A DNA stretch of 64,000 nt. Source: Eukaryota sp. TZLM1-RC (lineage: Eukaryota; Protista; Metamonada: BaSk clade). The DNA lies in the NCBI GenBank assembly GCA_040285825.1, contig JAUPSS010000008.1, positions 124,001-188,000 on the forward strand, in the 5' to 3' direction. Every line of letters starts with the position of its first letter. Within the stretch, counting starts at the first letter, position 1. Made by a program: the position numbers and the translations under genes. Shown piece by piece: positions 33,906 through 45,892 of the stretch. Below the pieces are notes generated by a model. It did no database searches. It saw only the letters and a list, made by a program, of their open reading frames with translations, and was not told the origin of the DNA.

Positions 33906-36570
33906 GTAAATTGTCATTTATTCATTTAATAAAGAAAATCAAAACATAAAATACACAACTAAAGCTCCACATCCTGAAAACCTGCCTCCTTGACATCAAA
34001 ACAATTAATTTCCAAAGATTCAGAAAATTTCCCAAAAGAAGACAGTGAATCAGAAATCAGTTTTACCATTCCCTTAAAAATAGAAAATACAATCCTGTTT
34101 TGCCAGCCAACATGATTGAAATTTCTTCCAGTTCTTTCCTTTCCAACTACATCAAATACCGCAAGGAAAGCCATAGTAACCTTACTTAGAGATAAACCAA
34201 AGGGACATAAATTATATTGGGCATGAGAATTTTCATTAACCGAGGAAATGGGTTTCGCATATTTAGCAATTTTATATTTTTCGCCTGCAAGAAGAGGATT
34301 ATTTACATCTGAGTTAATGAGATGTTCGTTAGAGGAATTACAAGGGTCAATAGACATGGCGTCCAGAATAGTAAAACTACCATTTAAACCAGGAACAACT
34401 AGATCACCTCTAGTCAGACCCATAGAAGCTCTGTTGTAACGCGTACTATCAATATTGGGATCATCAAGAATTAATTTTGATAACAGCGGTTCTAAAAAGG
34501 AATCTACTCTATATGATTTGCACATTACATAAATTTGGTCCCTGACGTTATTATGCACTTTGCTTCTAAACGTAATGAAATGTTTGCAGTTCAAAAGATG
34601 AGTAAACAAAAGAGGTTTACCACATTTACAAGTTAAATGATTGGGCAAATTGTTTGGCCACAGAAAACAACGAAAACGCATGTTTAGAAGCCATTCATTG
34701 TTTTTTAACAAAAGTCGATAAACAGAGGGAACTTGAGTTACTAAAGCAGCAGCTGAACTATCACGAATATCCTTTAAAAAATTACCGAAAGCGGGATTTT
34801 TAGTTTTAGCCAAGCCAAGTCTTACTTCATAATCCAAGCCTTCATATAATTCAACCAGATGGTGCTGAAGCTTTTTCAAGCACAAACGTAAATTTGGAAG
34901 TGATCGGGTGGGAATTGCTTGAACATTTTGAGGAAAACACTGAATCCAGATATCACTAGGCAAATTTTCTAATTCAAATTGCAGTTGATTCAAGTAAAAA
35001 TTTGATTCACCATTGATCAGATGAACATCAAAAGGGAACCTTTGGAAAAATTCAAAAACAAAAATTTTACCACCTCCCAAAAATGCTACTTTACACAGAA
35101 TCGAAGATTTGGTGAATCCAATTCCACCCAAATCTGCTGAACAAAATACATGACTTCGAATTAAAGATTCATTTACTTCTAATAAAGAAGAAAAAAATTT
35201 GACTCGAAGTTTGTTAAAAGATCTGCAAAAATTGAGAGATACCGATGGGGGAGTTGACCTTAAAATATGAGTGAATTTTCCAGAATAACAAATTTTTAAA
35301 ATAAAAAATTTTATGTGTTTCTCAATGTCGCATTCAGCAATAAAACTAAGATCCTTGTCAAACTTCTCCAATAAATTGTTTAACTGGGAATAAATTTCAT
35401 CCAAATTGCCAAGCCAACATCCAAGAAACTTAAAAGCTTGTTGGTCATAATTGATAAAAGGAATCTGAGCTCTACCAATCATCAAAGATTGTTTTTCTCT
35501 ACCAATCAAGAAACATTTAGATGGGTTCAAAGCTAAACCAATTTCTTTGTATTTCGCCGCAATGTCTTCAGAAACCCTAGAAATGCTTTCAAAAGAACCA
35601 ATAATAGAAATGTCATCCATATAGGCAACAATACGCAAATCAGGGAAATCTTGTTGTGTCATTTTAATAATATTATGAATAGCCAAACAAAACAGCAAAG
35701 GGCCAAGAGGATCACCTTGTTTCACACCAGAAGAAGATTCAAGGGTAAAGGAGTCAAAAATTAAGTCTGATTTTTTTCCATAAATTAAATAAAAATATGC
35801 AGAAAGTTCAGGAAAATCATGAAGAAGCACATCAAAAATACAATTACGTTTCACAGAATTGAAAGCATTTTTGAAATCCAAATTGAAAATATATTGATGT
35901 TGTTGACTATTGAAAAAAACATCTGAAGTCATTGAAGCAACAGAAGCACCTTCAACAGTTTTTATACCAAATTGGAAAGGCTTCAAATAGTCCCTTGCTT
36001 TAGTAGAAATTCTGTTAAAAATAAGCGAAGAAAGCAATCTGGTTAATGACTCTCCAATAGCAATTGGTCTAACTCCATCAGGTATGTCACCTTTACCAGG
36101 TTTAACTAAAGCAACTAAACGGGCAGCAGTCAATTCAGGCGGAGGAACATAATTCAAACACATTAAATTTTGAAAATAGGAAGCAAGATCCTCAACAATT
36201 TCAGGAGCATTTTTACAGGCAGTTTTCAACAAATCAAAGGAAATGCCTGAAGGACCAGCAGCTTTTCCTTTTGGTAATTTAGCAACGGCATTCAATACTT
36301 CTTGAGCCTGAAATGGATTTTCGAGCCAATATTAACAAATAGAAGGCTTACTGGGGCAAAAATTTTCAGTTGGATGGAGGGATTTCAATTTTTCAACAGT
36401 TTCGAGATTGTTATCAGCCAGTTTTCCCGAAAAAATATTTTTTAAACCGCTTCCATATCTACCTCTCAAAAACAATTTTCTTGCTTGAAAAGATGAATTA
36501 GCTTTTCTCTGTTTTGGTTTGTAATTAATTTTCTTCTTCTTCAAAGACACAGTACAACTTGGACGCCGTG
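33906..36570 (-). mobile_element. CRE family F retrotransposon with a 778-aa uninterrupted RT+RLE ORF (33959-36295)
   Basis: KAAGPSG, RPIAIGE, LDFKNAFNS, QGDPLGPLLF, YMDD, CKCG..HLLNC, HNNVRD, RGDL..LDA, KYA; 5' part broken. Confidence 0.93.
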
Positions 36571-36619
36571 ACAGAAAGTGAAATATGAGAGGGTTGACCA
36601 GGGGAGGGAGAAAAAAAGG

Positions 36620-37525
36620 TTTCAATATAGAGGCATTTATTGAGCCATTAGTACGTAAGCTGTCTTCAGATCAAACTGATGATTCCTTTGGTAAAAGAAA
36701 GGCAAATTTACTAGCTCCATGGATCGATGGTGTTCTCAATGTTGTATATGTTGCCTCAGTTGATGTTTGCAAAAATTCTGCTGCTCGTTTAGTGTATTCC
36801 GCTGATTCGCCGTTATCTAACGCCGAAAAAAAAGAAGATAAAAAAATATGAAGAACCTTTGGCACAGTTAGGTAGAGTGGAACATGTGAAATATCAGTTT
36901 GTGCCGTTTGCAATTTCTCTTTTTGGCAATATTGGACCTTCAGGGTTGCACTATTCAGTGTTGTTGAATGGGTCTGGTAAAACAATGAATTCCACTTTCT
37001 GGTTAAATAGAATTGTTTTTTGCATTTTCAAGTCTATTCCAACAATGATTTCAAAGGTACTTCTAGCTATTGGTGTAGAATATGAACGTAATGCTGAGAG
37101 TAGGTTCAGCAATAGTGACGCTTGTTTGGAGGATATTGACTAGAGGTGATCTAGTTGTTCCTGGTTTAAATGGTAGTTTTACTATTTTGGACGCCATGTC
37201 TATTGACCCTTGTAATTCCTCTAACGAACATCTCATTAACTCGGATGTAAATAATTCTCTTCTTGCAGGCGAAAAATATAAAATTGCTAAATATGCGAAA
37301 CCCATTTCCTCGGTTAATGAAAATTCTCATGCCCAGTATAATTTATGTCCATTTGTTTTTTCTTTGCTTGGATCTCTAGGTAACGCTGCTATGGCTTTCC
37401 TTGAGGATTTTGTTGTAGTTGTAAAGGAAAGAACTGGAAGAATTTTCAATCGTGTTTACTGGCAAAACAGGATTGTATTTTCTATTTTTAAGGGAATGGT
37501 AAAAGTAATTTCTGATTCACTATCT
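36620..37525 (+). mobile_element. Fused RLE fragments of CRE families C (36620-37139) and F (37137-37525)
   Basis: Near-identical to the reverse complements of ~22630-23150 and ~34040-34420; joined over a TGA microhomology. Confidence 0.85.
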
Positions 37526-37617
37526 GTGTGATTCACCTGTGGTCAATAATAGGTGAATTTTAATTCTCACCTCACAAATTTCTCACATCTTCTTTTTACT
37601 GTCCTTTATTCACTTCT

Positions 37618-37790
37618 ATGGGGGCCACTATCGACTTATTGTTGTCTGGTAATGATCTTAGGCGCCTCAAAGTACACGCTAGCGAAGACACAAAGATTCG
37701 TGCGGTGTACACCTTAGTCTTCCTTGAGAAAACACAACAAGACGTTGCTGAATACTACTGCGTTGCACAATCTACGGTATCTATATCTAT
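37618..37790 (+). pseudogene. N-terminal HTH fragment of a Tc1/mariner-IS630-like transposase
   Basis: HASEDTKIRAVY.......QQDVAEYYCVAQSTVS fits a transposase HTH; truncated at a (CTATAT)n run. Confidence 0.5.
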
Positions 37791-38595
37791 ATCTATACGG
37801 TAGATAGTAATAAAGTTGGATTTGTACGGAATTGGGTGTACCAGATGCAACTAAAGACATAATATTTATGAAAGTGAATGAAATGTGAGGTGAATGTGAA
37901 AGAGGGAGTGATATCTATTTGAGATGAAATTCACAGATCTTCTTTTGGGAAATTTTCTGAATCTTTAGCAATTAATCGTTTTGATGTAGGGGAGGCAGGT
38001 TTTGAGGATGTGGAGTTTTAATTGTGTATTTCATATTTGTTGTTGAATAAAAATAAATATATATAGTTTCAATTTGCAGCAATTTACGGCGTTGAATAAA
38101 ACAAGGAAAAAATAATTCGTCTGTGTTGTAGCCAATAAGTAAACCAGGCGTAACCTTACTCAATAAGTCAAAAACTGAAGTAAGCATAACTTTCTCTGAT
38201 GAACATAAGTGGATAGAACAGTGCTCTAATTAAGGAATCGCTTTTGTGGAGAAGATAGGTGACTCTTCCGAATCTTCATATATAAATGCCCAAGTAATCA
38301 TGAGGGAATCTTCGTGAGGATTTGGCAGTAGTTCCTCTCTGTATGCTTCGTGTTCATCTTTAATTTTAGGAATTTCGGCACCTAGTTCTTGGGGCAATAC
38401 AATGGGTTCTTCAAAGGAAAAGTTGAAATTGTTAGGTGACTTTTGCGATTTTGAAATAATATTCACATCAAAACGTTGGCTGTTGGTAATGACTCTTCTA
38501 AACGCCAAAAGACAATGTAGCGGACGAGGAGCTTGAGAGACATTTTCAAGAGTGCATAATTGTCTTTTGTATTCGGAAGTGAGTCTAGATCCAGA

Positions 38596-39691
38596 TGTTG
38601 TTGTTACTGATGAACTCACTTGGTAGACAGATGATGAATTTACATGATGACGTGGCACTTGTTCAAGAACAAGTATTTTTATTAATAAAGCTCTTTTCTT
38701 CTTTTCTTCTTTGGTATTTCTGCCTAACGGCATCAATAATTATTGGCCCTCATTACAGATGATATATACTCGCGTACTACATCCGTCCCTTGCTTCTATG
38801 AAAGTGGATGATGTTCTGTTGTTCCTACAACAGTGGAAGGTGTACTCTTCTGTTACACCAAAGAAGGAGCTTGTTCCAGGAAGGTTCCTCGTTGAAATTT
38901 TTCTTGTTAGAATCATTGGTTCTCACAAGACCTGGGGTTGATTCATCCGATGAGGTGTTTCTGGATCATTTGAGATCCTCCATCTCGTTTTCCTCGTACG
39001 AGGAATTCAACTTGGTGATGTCTGAGTTGAACGTTGATGTCCGTAAGCGCGACGTCCGTGAACGTATGTCCTGCTACCTGAGACGTTATCTTCAGGCGAA
39101 AAGCAGGGCTTCCGGACGGAAATTGCCTGACTCAGCCTTCATGATCAGATTCGCTAAGGGTATTCTTTCATTAGGACTGCATAATCTCTGATTTCTCGAA
39201 TTCGGGACGATGTATTCCCCGATTTTCCTACATTGGTAAATACCGCAGAGGATGAACTACTTGATTGCACGCGAGTAGCTTCTTGGAACAGGTCTTCAAA
39301 GACTGTTTCTGAAAATACTGACTCTGTGCGTCAAGCTGGTATGAAGTCTCGTTAATCCCATAGGTCCCGCAATTTGACTGACGGGACATGTTTCAAATGT
39401 CATCAGAAAGGTCATCTAGCTCGTGATTGTCCCTCAAAAGTTAAGCACGAAGTAAATCATTTACACCACATGCTTCAGTATCTCACAAATATCCTATCTT
39501 CATTATGCTAAATGGTTTACGAAACTGTTGAACGAAAATGGGAAGAAGTAGTGCTGTTGTTACTGATGAACTAACTTGGTAGACAGATGAGGAATTTACA
39601 TGATGACGTGGCACTTGTTCAAGAACAAGTATTTCTATTAATGAAGCTCTTTTCTTCTTTTCATCTTTGGTATTTCTGCCTAACGGCATCA
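38596..39691 (+). mobile_element. 1.1-kb non-autonomous LTR element (TRIM-like) with a gag remnant
   Basis: 140-bp LTRs at 38596-38735 and 39552-39691 (TG...CA), perfect 4-bp TSD CAGA, PPT GGGAAGAAGTAG, zinc knuckle CFKCHQKGHLARDC at ~39390. Confidence 0.93.
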
Positions 39692-40429
39692 CAGAGTGAG
39701 AATAAAGTTTGAGAATAATTTCAGAAAATGTGTAAAGCAGCGGAACAAAAGGTTTTTTGTCTTCTTTTGCACTAGGAAGAGGTAAAGAGTATGAAATGGT
39801 AGGCGACTCAATTCCCAAGTTCAGCGACACAGGTGGTGTGTATGACATGTAATGAGAATTATGAGCTTCTTTATCAAATTTTGCACTTGTCAACCCATTT
39901 TTGAATTCTGGTTACCACCCTGATTTTCGTTTTGGAAGGTTTTCACTTTTCCCTCACTTTTTTCTTTCCTTTTCTATTGTTAACATTGTTGACAGTTCAT
40001 TTTGTGTAAATTCTTCTTGTGTCTCACAAGAGCTAATCCCATCACCATGACAAGTTGATGACTGTGTCACTCAACATGAACAAGGCTTACAAGAAAGTTA
40101 CAATCATTCTAGAAGAATCAGATTTTTGGCAATGATGTGGAGAAGATAGTTTTTGTCTATTCTCAACACGTTGGTCAGAATCAAGACTCTCGCAAGTTGA
40201 CATCTATAGTCCCATTGAAAGATTTCTTTCCTAAATGACCTTTTTTTGAACCTTCAACGTTAGCTCGCTATAGATATACTGGTGTATCTCCCCATTTACA
40301 TTTGCTGTTTGCACAACACGACATGTTTGTGTTGGTCTATTTGGGTCAAAAATAATCCCCCTCAGAAAACCCCTGGCCTCACTCCCCCTGGAAATTTCCC
40401 TGGCCTAATTCTTTTAATTTTTGCTGTTT

Positions 40430-40560
40430 TAGACTTTTCATTGTTTCAACCACATCCACATTTCTAAACTCAACCATCCCGAGATGATCGGTTTAGATCA
40501 GAATACATTGGAGTTAAAAACTCTGTATAGCTCTTCTTAAAGCTTGGGGGCCTGTAGGCT
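40430..40560 (-). ncRNA. Orphan Fanzor 3' end / candidate omegaRNA
   Basis: About 70 nt homologous to 19997-20066 with the same hairpin (stem UCUAAAC/GUUUAGA); preceded only by RPPSFKK, the last Fanzor motif. Confidence 0.55.
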
Positions 40561-41462
40561 AGTGTTTATATATATGTTCTTATATGTTGCTTAAAATACT
40601 TCATAAATGTGTCAAATCTGCAACTTTTGGAGTTGAATCGGGTTCTCTTGCAGATTTATTTTTCTGATCATTATAAGCCAAGTTTAGAGAGTCACATATT
40701 TTTAGGGCAATATTTTTTATTCAGAAACCTTTTTCCTTCTTAATTCAACAGAATTGTTGTTCTGTCTGTCTACTAACATCTTTCAAAAAATGTGCTGCTT
40801 TGTAAACACATAAAAAACAGGGAATTTGTGTAAGGAATTTGTGTTAATAAAGCAGCAGCAAAACTATCACGAATGTCCTTTATAAATATTGAAAAATTTA
40901 TTAATCTATATTTCAGAAAATGGAAGTTGAAGAAGAGATGAAATGTGAGAAGTCTGTTTGTCGTTGGATGTCACGTCAACTCAAGAATCTATTTCTTCAA
41001 ACTAATCGTAACAATTTTCCGACTACTGATGATCAAATTGGTAATTTCATTAAACTTTTTGATGATGAAATCTTGAACGACGACGATGAAAATTGTTTGA
41101 ATCAATCAACAAAAACTGTTATTATAGACAGTACTCATTCCCAAAATTTGTAAGTTTTCAAAAGATGAAAATTGGATGAATTCAATTTTTCCTAGCTATT
41201 TCGGGATGATTTGGATGTTGAATTTCTATCATCAAAATTACTATTTATTTTATTAAACACAATTTTGAAGTGGTAGAATAATTTGCTTTGTAAACACATA
41301 AAAAACAACACTTAATAATTGATTTTCATGCTATTTCGGTTAAGTTTCATCATCATCATCACATTGAAAAAGTTTTTCGTTTTGAATCATTGTGATAAAT
41401 CATTGAATGCAAAATACAACTGTATATATGATATTACATACATATTCTTACTACTGTCAAGT

Positions 41463-41548
41463 GCCAAATAGAGCCCCCAAAATTACTTATGGGCTCTATT
41501 TCGATGGGTTCTATCACAGAGCCCCTGAAGAAAAGGACTCTATTTGGC
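41463..41548. repeat. MITE-like palindrome cluster
   Basis: GCCAAATAGAG...CTCTATTTGGC terminal inverted repeat with internal AAATAGAGCCC/GGGCTCTATTT. Confidence 0.5.
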
Positions 41549-42185
41549 CCAACATTCAACTTAAAGCCTATATTAAAAATGAACTAATGCACATTTTAAT
41601 TAATTTTAAGATTGTAGAGGAAATTAAAAGAGAGTTAGAGTTTATGATAACAATACACATTTTGGTTCATGTTCGAAGAAAAAATTATGCACAAATTATG
41701 ATTTTTATTCCTGGCACAGTCAAATTTTACAACTCAACAACAAACCTTAACTACTACTTTTTCTACTACAAACCCCATCAACTAAATGACGGTAGATTTT
41801 CGCTATTCACTTGTTTAGCAACTCGATTGTTATAAAACTCCGTCCTATTATTCAAAATGGAGTTACTATAACGAGAAAGAGCTTTAAATAATGAAAACAC
41901 GATTCTGTTTTCAAATCAAGTGTGCGACCATATCGGTTATGATTTAACGTGTATGATTTGTACATAAGATTCAATTTGTCATAACACCATGACAGAAGTG
42001 TTGATTGTCATGACGTCATGTCCAGGTATCATTACAAATGTGTCTATTTATCAGTTTGTGCACATTTCATTGTTTTGTGGATGTAAGGAATTGAAAATAA
42101 ATCAAATTTTTAAATTAACTGAAACTGAGAAATCAATCATTTCTGATTGTCTGCACCTTCCGTTTTCAGTAAGGTTTATGCAGTC

Positions 42186-45128
42186 ATGGACACGTGCCTG
42201 CTCCTTTCATCAGTTCTTTGAGCGGCCAGTGTGTGATTACATTGATGGACAGCTGACCAGAGTTTCCTGAAGACAGCCATTTTCTGACTCAGCATCAATT
42301 CTGAATCCATTGTCTTGACTTTGTGGCGGTCTCTAAGCCAAAAGTCAGACATCCATTCAACAGACCTAGCAAAGGCCATGTGTATGAGAAGCTCGAGCAA
42401 ATCTCTACACCATGACCGATTGCTGTCTTGTTCTTGTCAAGAACAGGTCGTAATCATGCACTTCCCACTAGGTGGCCTCTACAACAACTAGTGGATGCAA
42501 TGTGTTTGCCAGCAGCTTTTTGCTGATGGTTTTGTGTCGTGGAAGGTTAATTTCTTTCGCTCGTTTGCAATAGGTCATAACTGCCCTGCACCAGCCACTT
42601 ATGCTGGCTCTGTACTTCACAACAACGCCAACTTTCGGGAACCTCTTCTTTCTTGGTTCAACACACACCATACCATGGCTCTCACTCTGTTTAACTTCTT
42701 GGTTGGTGATCCTCAAAGATACAACACTCTTCTTTCTTCCCGAAGAGTGACTCTTATTCAAGAAAATAGTAGCTACAACTTTCGTTGCGGCTTAACATTC
42801 AAAAACCATCTGGAGCAAGCCTTCCACATACCTTTAGACGACATAGACTCACTCCCATCACTAATTTGAAACCTGCTTTTGTCCCTTTTCCTAATGGGTT
42901 GTCAACCATTTTATCTCCAAAAACACATCATCAACAATTTTGAAAAACCCTTATTTATTTTTTAAAACAAAAGCTCATGACTACACCATGTCTTCTAATG
43001 GTGATAGTATCCGTAAAACTTTTAAACCGCACCCCAAAGCAACACGAGTGAGATTGTCCGGAGAAGCCTTGGCTGATAAGAGAACGGTCAAGACCTCGCC
43101 AGAAAGCAAAAGCTACTGAGTGACAGGCACCTGATGATGAAACGTAAATGGTGTTCTGTGCCATCGACCCCAACCACTCAAATCTATGTAATTCCAGCAT
43201 TGGAACATGTTCAGGGCCCACCCTATCCAATATCTTTTCGGCACCAAAGCGACGAAAAATTCATCACTCCGCCTCAATGACCCACAAATCAATAGATGAT
43301 TATGACGTGCAGAAATTGAACCATTATCTGCTTGAAATATCAAGTATCGGTGACTATAAGGATTGTGAAGGTAATAACGTAAGACAAACATTGCTAAAGC
43401 AGCAAATATATCTGAGTGCTCGAGATGCATTGAGGAGAAACACATTTGTTAGTCAGGGAAATTTACTCATATTTTACGATCAACATCACCATCTATTTCT
43501 CTCGAATTTTGCAGAATTTTTAATGAATTAAGAACAAAATTTTTGGCTAATTTGCTCGATATTGATTCTTCTTTTTTACGTACTCATATTTTTTGTAGCA
43601 CAGAATTGGGAGGCCCGGATTTTCACAAATCAAAAAATTTATGTAAAGCCGCATTCATCGGTGGAGGCAAAAATTTCGTTTTTGAATTTTTGAAACGTTT
43701 TCCTGAAAACCAACATTTAATAGAATGTTGTGTTAGTGACTATTTAGTGTCCTTGCAGAGTGAAATTGAATGAAAAGAATCCCGTTTTTGCAAACTTTTT
43801 AATTGACCTTAAGGAAAGTAGCTCAAGTTGTCTTATTTCCCAGATTCCAAATGTATTTGGTCTATTATTAAAGGATCATCAATGGACAACTGCCTTCAGG
43901 ATGAGGTGTTTTCTGTGGCCATGTAGTGTGCCAAATGATTTAATTTGTCGTTGTGGTCAGCTCATTAATCTGAATCATTTATTTAATTGCAAATTTAATA
44001 TTACATATCGCTCAGTTGTTCACGATGCTGTTAGAGACCAACTTTACGCTATCTACAAAAGTCATCACATTGAAGCTTTTGTTGAACCACTTGTGCGAAG
44101 GTTGTCATCTGAAAATGAAGATGAAAATACTTTTGGGAAACGCCGTGCTGATTTAATTACCCCTGGGTCTGATGGTGTTATTAAAGTTGTTGATGTTGTC
44201 ACTGTTGATGTTTGTCAAGACTCAGCAATTGATTTTGCTAAAAGAGATGAAACCCCACTTTGCTTTGCTGAAAAGAGCAAAATCAAAAAGTACAATGAAC
44301 CCTTATCACAGCTAGGACGTGTTGAGCATGTCAAGTATCAGTTGGTTCCATTTGCGGTTTCTCTTTTTGGTAACATTGGAATATCTGGCATTAAATTTCT
44401 TGAAGGTTTCAGAAGTTTAATAAAAGAAAGAGCAGGAAAAGAATTGAACTTCAATTTCTGGCACAATAGAATTGTTTTTAGTATTCTTAAAGCAATTCCA
44501 GAAATGTTGACCAAAGCACTGTTACAATTAGCAATAGAGTATGAAAATCGCACGCTTAAAAGTTTTGATGATGTTGATGCGTGTTTTGAGGATATTGAGT
44601 TCTAGTTTTTGTTTAATGTTTTGTTAGCGTTGAAAATAAATTTCAATTTATAAAAAAGAAACACATTTGACTTCTTTAAAAGAAAACAAAAAAGACAGCT
44701 CAATTATCAACAAAGTGAAAAAATTTGCAGACGGTCGAGAAGTAAAGGTGTGGTACGGCAATGGAGGTGGTGGTACATCACGTCAAAAAGTGAAAACTCC
44801 ACGTAGGGCGTTTCTCAAGTTGTTACAATGTTCATTTGTTAATGTGAAGATCGGAGATGAATATATGACATCTGCAAAGGTGAACTGCTGCAAGATGCTA
44901 CACCAAAAGATCTATCGAGAAGTAGAAAGTGAAGTTAAAGTTCACAACGCCTATTTCAGTTGTCCGGAATGTAATCAAGTATGGTCTAGAGACATTTCTA
45001 CATCACTAAATCAGCTAAAAAATGCAATTAGTGAGCACTACTATGGAACAAGACCAGAAGCGTTCCAGACCACAAAGAAACTACCTTCAAAGCTACATAT
45101 TGTTCTAGAGGAGAAATGGGCTCACTGA
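42186..45128 (+). pseudogene. Near full-length Fanzor gene (subfamily X), degenerate, split by a CRE insertion at 43449-44656
   Basis: N-terminal region, FHIPLDD, MSSNGDSIR (TDGVS-like), AIDPNHSNL (RuvC-I D, 43166), RRNT|FDFF across the TSD, GDEYMTS (E, 44859), NCC..CPEC, WSRDIS (D, 44991), RPEAF. Confidence 0.85.
43449..44656 (+). mobile_element. 5'-truncated, internally deleted CRE family B insertion with 13-bp TSD
   Basis: TSD AGAAACACATTTG at 43436-43448 and 44657-44669; RLE ORF 43760-44605. Confidence 0.93.
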
Positions 45129-45250
45129 GATTGGTGGCCAATTATCCGAAGATTCTAGAACATCTGTGAACGATCTCACCAAGAATGAAAGTTCTTGGAA
45201 TAAGATTGAATGATGCTTGATGAAAGTATGCATTTCAATTGAAAACCACA
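45080..45250 (+). ncRNA. Candidate Fanzor omegaRNA scaffold
   Basis: Long hairpin closed by UGUUCUAGA/UCUAGAACA (45101-45162), two GAAA-tetraloop hairpins (45179-45198, 45205-45239), end GAAAACCACA; covaries with 61081-61161. Confidence 0.7.
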
Positions 45251-45262
45251 GATAGTACATAC

Positions 45263-45796
45263 ATGTCCTCCATGTTGTCGCCTGTGGATGTGTATCTTCC
45301 TGATCTTTTTCCATGCGAGAAGTCAATCCTTCGCTTTATTTCTCCATTTGCTTTTGCAAACATCGGGATAGCTCTTTGTATATTCTTGTCTGTGCTAGGT
45401 GCTTCTACAGGTATTGTCATGACTGGAGTTTCCCTCTTAGGTGCTGGTATAAAGAACCCCAGAGTTCGATCTCGCAACCTTATCAGCATTATATTCTGTG
45501 AAGCTGTTGCCATCTTTGGTGTAATCATTGGCATTCTTTTCATTAATAAAGAAGAGTTTGCTGATGAAATGGATTGTTACTCTGTGGTGACCACGTCCTA
45601 TGCTATTTTCTTTGGTTGCTTGACGGCAGGCCTAACCAACCTTGTATGTGGGATTGCGATTGGTAAGGTGGGGAGTTCGTGTGTTGTTGCTGATGCTTTT
45701 AATGAACAGTTATTCGTCAAGGTGTTCATTGTGGAAGTTTTTGCTTCAGCATTTAGTATTTTTGGCTTTATTGTGAGTGGTATGATCTTTGTCTAA
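45263..45796 (+). CDS. VMA16: V-type ATPase proteolipid subunit c'' (VMA16/ATP6V0B)
   Basis: LSVLGA..GI..TG.SL.G.GIK.PR...NLISIIFCEAVAIFG, LFVKVFIVEVFASA; first ATG at 45263. Confidence 0.93.
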   Translation: MSSMLSPVDVYLPDLFPCEKSILRFISPFAFANIGIALCIFLSVLGASTGIVMTGVSLLGAGIKNPRVRSRNLISIIFCEAVAIFGVIIGILFINKEEFADEMDCYSVVTTSYAIFFGCLTAGLTNLVCGIAIGKVGSSCVVADAFNEQLFVKVFIVEVFASAFSIFGFIVSGMIFV

Positions 45797-45892
45797 TTAA
45801 CTCTAGTAATGCAAGGGAGTAAATTTAGGTTTAGCTAAAATCAAAAATTAAACAATTGTACGTAGCTTCATTAATTTATAATTGGTTTTAAT

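Noticed and set aside
20700-44669. CRE elements specifically targeting Fanzor genes (sense-oriented neighbours at 20.7, 33.9 and 43.4 kb)
   Set aside because: Only the 43.4-kb case is proven by a TSD inside the gene; the sites differ and CRE density is high enough for chance.
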